A DNA stretch of 64,000 bases from the NCBI GenBank assembly GCA_964016885.1, contig OZ024741.1, forward strand, positions 363,010,001-363,074,000. Reading direction: 5' to 3'. Below, in pieces: positions 39,525-50,829 of the stretch (its first letter is position 1; each line of letters begins with the position of its first letter). The notes beneath the pieces were generated by a model, which was not told the DNA's origin, did not search any database, and saw only the letters and a program-made list of their open reading frames with translations. Source of the DNA: Eledone cirrhosa. Taxonomy: Eukaryota. The translations under genes and the position numbers were made by a program.

Positions 39525-41125
39525 CATCATCATGATCATGATCATGATCATCATTTTACGTCCGCTTTTGCCTGCTTGCAACGGTGGGACGGGTCTTATT
39601 CAGCACAGCATCTCTCCACTCTTCACGGTCCTTTGTCATCTCCACCGTTAGCTTCAGTGATCTGAGGTCTGCTCTCACCACCTCCGCCCATGTTTTTCGT
39701 GGTCTACCTCTACCATGTCTTCCTTCAACTGGCATTTCCTGGCACTTCTTCACCCATCGGTCATCCTCCATGCGTATCATATGTCCATACCACATCAGTC
39801 TCCTCTCTCGCACACTACATTCTATCCCTCTCAGACACAGTTTCTCTCTCAACATCCATGCTCGGTCATTCACGCACATTGACATTGCACATCCAACGGA
39901 GCATACTTGCCTCATTTCTCTCCAGCCGTTGCATATCCTCTGCATTTGCTGCCCATGTCTCACTACCATGCAGCATCGCGCTCCTCACACAGGCATCAAA
40001 TAACTGGCCTTTCGTACGCAGGGAGAAACCCTTCTTCGTCAGCAGCTCCCTAAACTTCTTCCAACCCATCCTTATTCTAGATACTATGGCCTCGGAAAAC
40101 CCTCCTCCCATGCTAATCTGATCTCCTAGGTACCGGAAGCTATCCACCACTTCTATAGCACCCGCTTGCATTTGAAAAATGTGTCTATCAATGCGCTTCT
40201 ACTGTCTAATTTCCCTGTACATCTACTGCATACGTATTTCTCCCTACCTGTTAGTTTGCCTGATATCCCACTACATCTCTTGTGTACCCAGGATCTGCAT
40301 TGTGTGCATTTTATAGAATTTATGCTAGTTCCTTTTCTACATATCGAACATGGCCATTTCCCTGACGGAATCAAAGTTTTGTCCTCTTTTTTACTCAACA
40401 CTTTTGTCTTAGCTATGTTTACTCTCAGTCCTCTTGCTTCCAACTGCTGTTTCCATAGCCAGAATTTATTCTCTAGCTCCTCTACTGATTCTGCTATAAG
40501 AACCAGATCATCAGCATAGAGAAGTTCCCATGGACAGCCAGTCTTAAACTCCTCTGTTATGGCTTGGAGGACTATAATGAACAAGAGCGGGCTGAGGACC
40601 GAACATTTATGTACTCCTACTTGTATCTGGAATTCCTCACTAAACTCCATTCCTACCCTGACTTTACTGACAGCACGTCTGTACAAAGTTTGCACTGCCC
40701 TCACAAGCCATTCCTCAACACCTAGTTTCCTTAGGGACCATCAGATGACAGATCAGGGTACCCTATCAAAGGCCTTCTCTAGGTCAACAAAGGCTAAGTA
40801 TAGTGGCTTATTCTTCTCTTAAGAACCTCTCTTGTAATTGTCACACCAAGAAGAGGGCATCTGTTGTACTTTTCCATGGCACAAAACCAAACTGCATCTC
40901 ATCTAGTTTGATCTTTTCTCTAATTAGTTGTGCAAATATCCTTTCTGCCACTTTCGTAACCTGATCCATCAGTTTTATACCCCTATAATTGCTCCTCTCC
41001 AAAGCATCCCCTTTACATTTGTAGTAATTTATGAGAATACTACTGCACCAGTCTTTGGATATGACACCACCATATATAGCCTGATTGATGATGCGTGCAA
41101 CCAGTTTAGTGCCTACGTCTCCTGA
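39525..41125 (-). mobile_element. 5'-truncated RTE LINE (family 1), frameshifted
   Basis: High identity to 44429-46010; (GAT)n-type tail. Confidence 0.95.
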
Positions 41126-41199
41126 TAATGATGATATATGTATATATATATATATGATGATGATGATGATATATGTATATATATATATATATATACATA

Positions 41200-42230
41200 T
41201 ATCATCATCATCATCGTTTAACATCCATCTTCCACGCTTGCATGGGTTTGGACGGGAGTTTTCCTACTTGAGGCAAGAGTGGTTTTCTATGGCTGGATGC
41301 CCTTCCTAACACCAACCACGTTTACAGTGTGGACTGGAAGGTTTTTACCGTGTTACCTACACGGCTACATTACAGCGTGGAATGTGTGTTTTTTTGTCGT
41401 GACACCTACAGACCTCATTTGTTTCGGACTGGATGTTGTGGTACCAACATAACTTTACATTGAAAGGGGTGGTGTGGATGGGGTGGGGGTAGTGGGACGG
41501 GGTGTATTTTTGTTAGAGGTGCCTACTGACTGTAGTAGGTTTCACTTTGTACTTAGGTAAAGCGGGTCTTCTGTATTACTGTGTAGCGTCAAAGATCTCG
41601 GTCCATTGACATTGTCTTGGAGAGGTGTAAGTGTGTGAGGTCGGAATTTATCAAGTCGTCCCAGGTTTTTCTGGGTCTGCCTACTCCGTGGCTACCGTCT
41701 ATTTTTATTTCCCTGCACTTTTTTATACAGCTGTCGTCTTTCATGCGCATCACGTGACCGTACCAACGTAATCTTCTCTCAAGTAAACAACATCTGATCC
41801 CTCTTATTTCTAATTTTTCCCTTAGTTCGTTTATGCTTTGCCGTTCACGTATATTACTATTACACATCCAGCGGAGCATGCAAGCTTCATTCCTCTCCAG
41901 TCTGCGTATATCCTCTGCACACAATGCCCAAGTCTCACTGCCATGTAACATTGCTGTTCGTATGCAGGCATCATACAGCCTGCCTTTCACTTTTAGAGAG
42001 AACCCTTTAGCGGCTAATAGTGGTATAAGCTCTCTGAACTTTTTCCATCCCGTTCTGACTCTAGCTACTGTACTTTCAGAGCACCCTCCACCACTGCTGA
42101 TTTTGTCACCCAAGTAACGGAAGGTGTCCACTATTTCTATAGAACCATCTGTGCAATGGAATGAGCTAGTATTTTGTGGGCACTTGCTGCTACTTATTGC
42201 ACCAGAGCACCGGCCACATATAAAATCTAT
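41200..42230 (-). mobile_element. 5'-truncated RTE LINE (family 2) with ~380-nt 3' region
   Basis: FRYLGD, MLHGSETW, RRLRWYGHV, GRPRKTW; (GAT)n tail. Confidence 0.9.
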
Positions 42231-42373
42231 ATTTATATACATATACTTATATATTTATATACATATATTTATATACATATATTTATATATATATACATAT
42301 ATGCACATACATACACACACACATTTTATATATATTATACATATATATATACACACCATATATATATATATAT

Positions 42374-42451
<78 letters not shown>

Positions 42452-42477
42452 TACTATATATAATATATATATATATA

Positions 42478-42960
42478 TTCCGACCTTACACCTCTCTAAC
42501 ACAATGTCGCTGGACCGAGGTATTTGGCGCTACACAGTAATACAGAAAACCCGCCTTGCCTAAGTTCAAAGCGACACCTACAGTCAGTAGGCACCTCTTA
42601 ATCAAATATACACACCCCTCCCACTACCCCAACTCCCCCACCAACATCACCTCTTTCTCTGTAAAATTATGTTGGTACCACAACATCCAGTCCTAAATAA
42701 ATGAGGTCGTGTAGGTGTCACAACAAAAAAACACACAGTCCACGCTGTCATGTGGCCGTGTAGGTAACATGGTAAAAACCTCCCAGTCCACACTGTAAAC
42801 GTGGTTGGTGTTAGGAAGGGCATCTAGCCGTAGAAAACCTGCCAGACAGTCCCATATGAGCGAGACAACCAATCTTGCCTCAAGTGGGACAATTCATGCT
42901 TAAACCTATGCTAGCGTGGAAGATAGGCATTAAACGATGATGATGATGATGATGATGATA
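42478..42960 (+). mobile_element. RTE family 2 3' end in opposite orientation
   Basis: Reverse-complement homolog of 41200-41645; (GAT)n tail. Confidence 0.85.
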
Positions 42961-43476
42961 TATAATATATGATATATAATATGTCACTACCTCTCCTCCT
43001 CCCCTTTCTTCCCATTTGACCTGTCCGTAATCCTTTTCTCGCGGGCACTTGGCCAAGCCAGTATGAATTTTTTTTCTCTCTCTCTCGTCTGCGACTTCAC
43101 AGAACTTATGTTTACCGAATTCGCAGACCAGACCCCTTCTTCCTCCCGTTAGACCTGTGCGAAATTCCTTCCTTGCTCACATTTCAACCAGGTTTGATGG
43201 TCTTTATTCTCTCATTCACGATTCCACCGAATTTATATTCATAAAAATCTGGGACTTGTTTCTTCTTCATCACTTTCTGCTGCTTAAACCATTTTGTCTG
43301 TTTACCCTAGCGTCCCCTATATTTACGTGTCCCAACGACTTTTTTTAGCCGTTGCTCGCACCAACCTGAGGTATATGGCCTTTAAAGTGATGAAATGCCT
43401 ACGACGGTTGGAAAGCCACTGATGAGGACAAACTTTTTCATATGTAACCCATTTGCAGCGCCGCAGCTCCATTATT

Positions 43477-43562
<86 letters not shown>

Positions 43563-43783
43563 GAAGAAGTGCCAGGAAATGCCAGTTGAAGGAAGACGTG
43601 GTAGAGGTAGACCACGAAAAAACATGGGTGGAGGTGGTGAGAACAGACCTCAGATCGCTGAAGCTCACAGTGGAGATGACGAAGGACTGTGACAAGTGGA
43701 GAGATGCTCTGCTGAATAAGACCCGTCCCACCCTTGCAAGCAGGCAAAAGCGGACGTAAAATGATGATAATGATGATGATGAT
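43563..43783 (+). mobile_element. RTE family 1 3' end
   Basis: Matches the last ~200 nt of the intact ORF plus (GAT)n tail. Confidence 0.9.
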
Positions 43784-43948
43784 ATATATAATATATATAT
43801 ATACATATAATATATATATATATAATATATACATATATATAATAAATATATATATATATATATATATAATATATATATTTATTAAAATAACAGATTAAAG
43901 TTAATAACAGATAAATATATATATATATATAAAACTGTTTATATATTG

Positions 43949-44014
43949 TATTTTGTCTGAGGAGGGCATACCATATTTTTAATATGATATCCCTGAAATA
44001 TATATAATGAAATA
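43949..44014 (+). ncRNA. Type I hammerhead ribozyme in a solo PLE1-family pLTR fragment (43930-44145)
   Basis: UAUUUUGU-CUGAGGA-GGGCAUA..UAUCCCU-GAAA-U(AUAU)A-UA-AUGAAAUA. Confidence 0.75.
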
Positions 44015-44162
44015 AATATGGTTTTATAAATGTAGTTTCCATTTGTTTAATATCGTAAAATACTCCAAAATCTGTTGAGTGCTTTTATATCAGTTATAAA
44101 ATATTTACTCGTTGTAACCCAATAATTTTAAATAAAACTTTTGCATATATATATAATATATA

Positions 44163-44390
44163 TATTTATTAAAATAACAGATTAAAGTTTAAGCAAAGAA
44201 TTGCTGCTTTCACCCTTAACAGGACCTTCTGAAACTAACTAGTTTCAGAAAATCCCGTTAAGGGTGAAAGCAGCGATTCTTTGCTTAAACTTTAATCTGT
44301 TATTTTAATAAATATTTGCTCTACGGTTCTTTATATATATATTTATCCTTATCGCTCTTTGGATTTTAGTCTTCAAATTTATTATTATTA
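44163..44390. mobile_element. Palindromic mini-PLE-like module
   Basis: ~60-bp inverted arms around a central TTCTGAAACTAACTAGTTTCAGAA hairpin, plus tail; only the GAAA half of a possible hammerhead. Confidence 0.6.
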
Positions 44391-44428
44391 CTATAATATA
44401 TATCATCATCATCATCATCATCATCATT

Positions 44429-47400
44429 TTACGTCCGCTTTTCCCTGCTTGCAAGGGTGGGACGGGTCTTATTCAGCACAGCATCTCTCCACTCGTCACG
44501 GTCCCTCGTCATCTCCACCGTGAGCTTCAATGATCTGAGGTCTGTTCTCACCACCTCCGCCCATGTTTTTCGTGGTCTACCTCTACCACGTCTTCCTTCA
44601 ACTGGCATTTCCTGGCACTTCTTCACCCATCGGTCATCCTCCATGCGCATCACATGTCCATACCACCTCAGTCTCCTCTCCCGTACACTACATTCTATCC
44701 CTCTCAGACACAGTTTCTCTCTCAACACATTTATGCTGGGTCGTTCACGCACATTTACACTGCACATCCAACGGAGCATGCTTGCCTCATTTCTCTCCAG
44801 CCGTCGCATATCTTCTGCGGTAGCTGCCCATGTCTCACTACCATGCAGCATCGCGCTCCTCACACAGGCATCATACAACCGGCCTTTCGTACGCAGGGAG
44901 AAACCCTTCTTCGTCAACAGAGGAAGCAGCTCCCTAAACTTCTTCCAACCCGTCCTTATTCTAGATACTATGGCCTCGGAACACCCTCCTCCCATGCTAA
45001 TCTGATCTCCTAGGTACCGGAAGCTATCCACCACTTCTATAGCGCCCTCTCGCATTTGAAAAATGTGTCTATCAGTGCGACTTCTACTGTCTAATTTCCC
45101 TGTACATCTACTGCATACATATTTCTCCCTACCTGTTAGTTTGCCTGCTATCCCGCTACATCTCTTGTGTACCCAGGACCTACATTGTGTGCATTTTATA
45201 GAATTTATGCCAGTTCCTTTTCTGCATATCGAACATGGCCATTTCCCTGACGGAATCAGGGTTTTGTCCTCTTTTCTACTCATCAACACTTTTGTCTTAG
45301 CTAGATTTACTCTCAGTCCTCTTGCTTCCAACTGCTGTTTCCATAGCCGGAATTTATTCTCTAGCTCCTCTACTGATTCTGCCATAAGAGCCAGATCGTC
45401 AGCATAGAGAAGTTCCCATGGACAGCCAGTCTTAAACTCCTCTGTTATGGCTTGGAGGACTATAATGAACAAGAGCGGGCTGAGGACCGAACCCTGATGT
45501 ACTCCTACTTGTATCTGGAATTCCTCACTAAACTCCATTCCTACCCTGACTTTACTGAGAGTACCTCTGTACAAAGTTTGCACTGTCCTTACAAGCCATT
45601 CCTCAACACCCAGCTTCCTTAGGGACCACCAGATGACAGATCGGGGTACCCTATCAAAGGCCTTCTCTAGGTCAACAAAGGCTAAGTATAGTGGCTTATT
45701 CTTCTCTAAGAACCTCTCTTGCATTTGTCTCACCAAGAAGAGGGCATCTGTTGTACTCTTCCCAGGCACAAAACCAAACTGCATCTCATCTAGTTTGACC
45801 CTTTCTCTAATTAGTTGTGCTAGAATCCTTTCTGCCACTTTCATAACCTGATCTATCAGTTTTATACCCCTATAATTGCTCCTCTCCAAAGCATCCCCTT
45901 TACCTTTGTAGCAATTTATGAGAATACTGCTGCACCAGTCTTTGGGTATGACACCACCATATATAGCCTGATTGATTATGCGTGCAACCAGTTTAGTGCC
46001 TACGTCCCCTGATGCCTTCAGCATCTCAGCAACTATTCCCGATGGTCCGGCCGCCTTACCATTTTTCATTTCCCTAATCGCCTCTTGGACCCTATATTCG
46101 TCAATCTCAATAGCTGGTCCCTCTGTCGGATCTACCAAGGGTAATTTCTCTCTCTCCCATTCGTTCTCCACATTCATCAGTCTCTCATAATGACATTTCC
46201 AGGCCTCCTTTTTCTGGTCATTCGTGACACTAAGTACACCGGCATCATCCCGGACACATTTATCACCAACAACATCCTGATTTGCATTGACACACTGCCT
46301 TGCAATGTGGAACACCGCACGCCTCTGATCTTCCCGTCGCAGAACATTGGCAAACCTCCTACTCTCTGCCTCCCTGCGTGCTAAGTACACCTGACGTCTA
46401 GCTTCTCTCTTAGTGGCTGTATATTCTTCCCTACTCCCACCCTTATTCCAAGCCTTCCATGCTAGTCTTTTGTCTCTAATAGCCTTATCTACACTGCTGT
46501 TCCACCACCAGGTCACTCTCTGTCTGGTTGGAGCTCTGCTCCAGCCACAGGTTTCATCAGTAGCCTTCAGCAAGTTGTCACGTAAGAACTTCCAGTTATT
46601 ATCTATGTCATACGTCTCTAAATCGTCTTCTTTTTCGTCATATACATCTTGAAGGGCTTTCCTAAATTTGAATTTTAGTGAAAGGTCTTTTAGCTTCCAG
46701 ACCTTTCTTCTCCACACCTTCCTATATGTCTCATTCCATCTCTTGCTTACTGAGATATCACTAACAACTAACCTATGCTGTGGGGTACATTCTTCCCCAG
46801 GGTATGCCTTGGTATTAGACACTATCTGCCTGTCCCGCTGCCTAACTAGCAGGAAGTCAATCTGGCTTATGTGCTCACCAGATTTGTAGGTTATTAGGTG
46901 ATTGGCAGGTTTCTGGAAGTTTGTGTTGCAAATAGTCAATGTACTTGCATCACAAAATTCAAGAAGTCTCACTCCTTCTTCATTTCTTGAACCGTAACCG
47001 TGCCCACCATGTACCCCAGTGTAACCATCCTGGAGCTGTCCAACATGACCATTGAAGTCTCCTGCTAGCATAACGATGTCTCCGTCCTCTGTCATTGTGG
47101 TTGTTTGCAAAAGTTGCTCATAAAAGCAGTCTTTCTCATCTTTGCCTAGGCCTGCTTGGGGAGCATAGACCGAGATGATTGTCAGTAGTCTCCTACCTAC
47201 AACTAATCTAAGCTTAATTATTCGATTACTAACTCGAACTACCTCTATTGTCTTATTGATCCATTTCTCAGCCAGGAAAATGCCTACTCCCCCTAACCCA
47301 TCATCCTTACCTACCCAGAATAGCTTATAGCTAAGACGCTTGCCTACGACTAGTCTCGCAGAGGCACCCCTCCATCTCACCTCTTGCACGCAGCACACAT

Positions 47401-47497
47401 CCACCTGCCTTCTCTCCAGCATTTCCGCTATTTCAGCAGACCTACCTCTGAGAGTGCCAACATTAAGTGTTGCAACTCTGAGATGCGACGTCTTCAT
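44429..47497 (-). CDS. RTE-clade LINE ORF, 1022 aa, uninterrupted: AP endonuclease + reverse transcriptase with internal PHD finger
   Basis: TLNVGTL, VQEVRW, YAP, GDFNGH, IDF, QHR endonuclease; FVDLEKAFD, GVHQGSVLSP, YADD, FRYLG RT; (GAT)n tail just after the stop. Confidence 0.97.
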   Translation of the reverse strand: MKTSHLRVATLNVGTLRGRSAEIAEMLERRQVDVCCVQEVRWRGASARLVVGKRLSYKLFWVGKDDGLGGVGIFLAEKWINKTIEVVRVSNRIIKLRLVVGRRLLTIISVYAPQAGLGKDEKDCFYEQLLQTTTMTEDGDIVMLAGDFNGHVGQLQDGYTGVHGGHGYGSRNEEGVRLLEFCDASTLTICNTNFQKPANHLITYKSGEHISQIDFLLVRQRDRQIVSNTKAYPGEECTPQHRLVVSDISVSKRWNETYRKVWRRKVWKLKDLSLKFKFRKALQDVYDEKEDDLETYDIDNNWKFLRDNLLKATDETCGWSRAPTRQRVTWWWNSSVDKAIRDKRLAWKAWNKGGSREEYTATKREARRQVYLARREAESRRFANVLRREDQRRAVFHIARQCVNANQDVVGDKCVRDDAGVLSVTNDQKKEAWKCHYERLMNVENEWEREKLPLVDPTEGPAIEIDEYRVQEAIREMKNGKAAGPSGIVAEMLKASGDVGTKLVARIINQAIYGGVIPKDWCSSILINCYKGKGDALERSNYRGIKLIDQVMKVAERILAQLIRERVKLDEMQFGFVPGKSTTDALFLVRQMQERFLEKNKPLYLAFVDLEKAFDRVPRSVIWWSLRKLGVEEWLVRTVQTLYRGTLSKVRVGMEFSEEFQIQVGVHQGSVLSPLLFIIVLQAITEEFKTGCPWELLYADDLALMAESVEELENKFRLWKQQLEARGLRVNLAKTKVLMSRKEDKTLIPSGKWPCSICRKGTGINSIKCTQCRSWVHKRCSGIAGKLTGREKYVCSRCTGKLDSRSRTDRHIFQMREGAIEVVDSFRYLGDQISMGGGCSEAIVSRIRTGWKKFRELLPLLTKKGFSLRTKGRLYDACVRSAMLHGSETWAATAEDMRRLERNEASMLRWMCSVNVRERPSINVLREKLCLRGIECSVRERRLRWYGHVMRMEDDRWVKKCQEMPVEGRRGRGRPRKTWAEVVRTDLRSLKLTVEMTRDRDEWRDAVLNKTRPTLASREKRT

Positions 47498-47531
47498 ATT
47501 TTTCTATGCTGTTTTATATATATATAATATA

Positions 47532-48024
47532 CTAGCCGAATTACCTGCACATTTTTTTGTGAGAACATGATGATTGATTTTAAATCAATGATATAGTTTA
47601 TGGAGAAAAACTCTGCATTTCAATATTACTCAATGTAAAATGTAATGCATGAAAAATTGGAAAACATTACTTTTTGTAATATATCAAATCAAAATTACAT
47701 TATTAAATCTTATTTCTTTTAAATAATTTTTTTCAAAATATTAATTCAAAACTTTTGTGAATAGACATCATATCTTGTCATTTACCTATGGTTTAAATTT
47801 CATATAAATCGAAGTGGAAAAATTTTCAGTGATGGTTTTTGCCCTCGGGGTACCCTTTGATTAAAATGAAATATACTTATCCAAGTACCCTGGGCAATGT
47901 AGTTTTAGAATATATATGGTTATGGGGGTCTATCTCCAAAACCATAGGAAGAGTTTGTGAACAAACAACCAACCAACCAAACAAATAAAGAAACAGACAG
48001 GAACTACAACTTTATATATATAGA
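47532..48024 (-). mobile_element. Internally deleted copy of the 5739-6968 Helitron
   Basis: Same 5' (TCTATATATATAAAGTTGTAG) and 3' (GGTAATTCGGCTAG) ends; lacks the helicase fragment and the SINE. Confidence 0.9.
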
Positions 48025-48057
48025 TATATATAATATATACATATATATATAATATAT

Positions 48058-49278
48058 ATCATCATCATCGTTTAACGTCTATCTTTCATGCTAGCATGGG
48101 TTAGATGGGAATTGTCCCACTTGAAGAAAGACTGGTCGGGTGACCGTATCTCGCTCGTATAGGACTGTCTGGCAGGTTTTCTACGGCTGGATGCCCTTCC
48201 TAACACCAACAACATTTACAGTGTGGACTGGGAGCTTTTTACCGTCTTACCTACACGACCACATTACAGCGTGGACTGTGTGTTGTTTTGTCGTGACACC
48301 TACACGACCTCATTTATTTAGGACTGGATGTTGTGGTACCAACATAACTTTACATCGAAAGGGGTGGTGTGTATGGGGTTGGGGTAGTGAGACGGGGTGT
48401 ATTTTTGTTAAGAGGTGCCTACTGACTGTATAAACAAAGCTTTATAATAAACAGGTTATGTACTAATTAATTAGTATTGGACTGGATGTTGTGGTACCAA
48501 CGTAACTTTACAGAGAAAGGGTGGTGTTGGTGGGAGTGGGAGGGTGGAGTAGGGGTAGTGGGTTGGGGTGTATATTTGGTTAAGAGGTGCCTACTGACTG
48601 TAGGTTTTGCTTTGTACATAGGCAAGGCGAGTCTTCTATAATACTGCGTGGCGCCAAATATCTCGGTCCAGTGACATTGTCTTAGAGAGGTGCAACTGTG
48701 TAAGGTCGGAATTTATCAAATCGTTCCATCAATTTTGATCGGTCTGCACTTTTTTATACAGCTGTCGTCTTTCATGCGCATCCCGTGACCATACCAACAT
48801 AATCTATAGAACCATGTGGGCAATAGAAGAAGCTAGTATCCTGTGGGCACCTGAACATCGGCCACATATAAAATCTACGTTCTTAGATAGCTTACCTGCG
48901 ATCTCACTACATCTTTTATATACCCATAGTTTGCATTTGGGACATATAATGGAATTTCTTCCTACTCCTTTCCTACACACTGAGCATGGCCATTTCCCAG
49001 AGGGCACCTGTTCTCTATTTTCCTTTCTACATACTAGAACTTTAGTCTTAGACAAGTTAACTTTAAGGCCTTTCGATTCTAGGCCATGCTTCCATGTTTG
49101 GAATTTCTTCTCTAGTTCAGCCATAGATTCAGCTATGAGAGTTAGATCATCTGCATATAGAAGTTCCCATGGTCTTAAACTCCTGTTATAGTCTGAAGGG
49201 CAATAATAAATAGGAGGGGGCTAAGGAGAGCCTTGATGAACACCAACTTTTACGCTAAATTCTTCACTATATTCATTG

Positions 49279-49280
<2 letters not shown>
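48058..49280 (-). mobile_element. RTE family 2 fragments with duplicated 3' region and internal deletions
   Basis: LYADDL, PHD finger, homology to 41200-42230. Confidence 0.85.
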
Positions 49281-49323
<43 letters not shown>

Positions 49324-49766
49324 TATATGTGTGTTAGGTAATTCTGAAGAAAAAGCAAAGGAAAAAAGAGTGCTCTATGTATAGAACAGAGCTATTTGAT
49401 TAGAAAAATATATATATATATATATATATATATTTAGAAACACACAGATACATTCATGTATATATGTGTGTGTCCGCATGTATCTGTGTGTTTCTAAATA
49501 TATTAATAACTCCCTCTGGTCGAGCAATCTTTGAAGTGTGGGGACAACTGGAAAGCTTCCATTACTCATACTTCTCGCCTTCTTCACTACCTCTTCTACG
49601 GCCTCGATATGAATACCCCCTCCGCCTCCGTGGTATTTTCTTCGTGGTTATAGGAGGCTTAGCTCTGTTTCTCGACCGTTATATCGCGTGACTATCTCCC
49701 CCTCCGCCTTTTGGGATTCTTTCTTACGTCGTGTAGACGCGTTCTTGAGACTAGTAAAATGAGGTA

Positions 49767-49854
49767 TCCTCTTGATAAGTTGGCAGACCTCGCAAGGACT
49801 CTATATCTTTGATATATTGTTTTTGTTTATGCCACGAAACTACGTAGTCGAGGA
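49767..49854 (+). ncRNA. Type I hammerhead ribozyme, U3:A8 core variant
   Basis: UCCUC-UUGAUAA-GUUGGCA...UGCCAC-GAAAC-UACGUA-GUC-GAGGA. Confidence 0.7.
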
Positions 49855-49926
49855 ATTTAGGAGCAGTTTAGGTATGATACATTTTATTACTAATTATATC
49901 TAAATGTTTCTTCTCTCTTCATAATG

Positions 49927-49966
<40 letters not shown>

Positions 49967-50004
49967 TATAGATATAGATATAGATATAATATATATAAGT
50001 AGAA

Positions 50005-50451
50005 GGGATATTTAATTTGTTGGAAATACAACAAATATAAATGTTTATAACTAATTCAGAGCACTCAACAGATTTCTGGAGTAAATATCCAATGATATTA
50101 AATAAATGGAAACTATATTTATAAAACCATATTTATTCTATTATATATATTACAAGGGTACCAAAAAACTTTGGTATACTTTCATCAGATAAAATACAAA
50201 GAGTGTTTTATAAATTTTGACATAGCCAAGGAAATCAGTTGAATTTTCTTGGGTAGTACCCAAGAAAATTTCTACTACCCAAGAAAATTCAACTGATAAG
50301 GTATGATTTCCTTGGCTATGTCAAAATTTATAAAACACTCTTTGTATTTTATCTGATGAAAGCATACCAAAGTTTTTTGGTACCCTTGTAATATATATAA
50401 TAGAATAAATATGGTTTTATAAATATAGTTTCCATTTATTTAATATCATTG
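50005..50451. mobile_element. Palindromic PLE1-family pLTR module with hammerhead-like motifs at 50134-50196 (-) and 50345-50407 (+)
   Basis: ~145-bp inverted arms; core CUGAUGA...GUAA instead of GAAA in both arms. Confidence 0.8.
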
Positions 50452-50461
50452 CATATAATAT

Positions 50462-50569
<108 letters not shown>

Positions 50570-50829
50570 GAAATTGTAGAAATGATATTGCGTTCTAGTA
50601 GGAAATCTATATTATACATTCACATAAATTTGGAAGACTATTCTCTACTCACTGCTATCGGAGCGGCGTTGGCTATCAGCAAGTGCGAGCCCCGCGGGCT
50701 CTACTGACTGTTCCAGTGCGGCACCCTCGCCATCTTCGCTATCTTTTCCTCCAGGACAACGAAGTGAACTGACTCTTAAGTTTCGTTTATGGTGGTGGCA
50801 TGTGAAATAAGGTTCTCTCACTTAATTTG

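Noticed and set aside
43360-43450. CUGAGG...GAAA and CUGAUGA motifs as hammerheads
   Set aside because: Cores incomplete (A9 and the UH site are missing; no GAAA after the second motif); at best decayed
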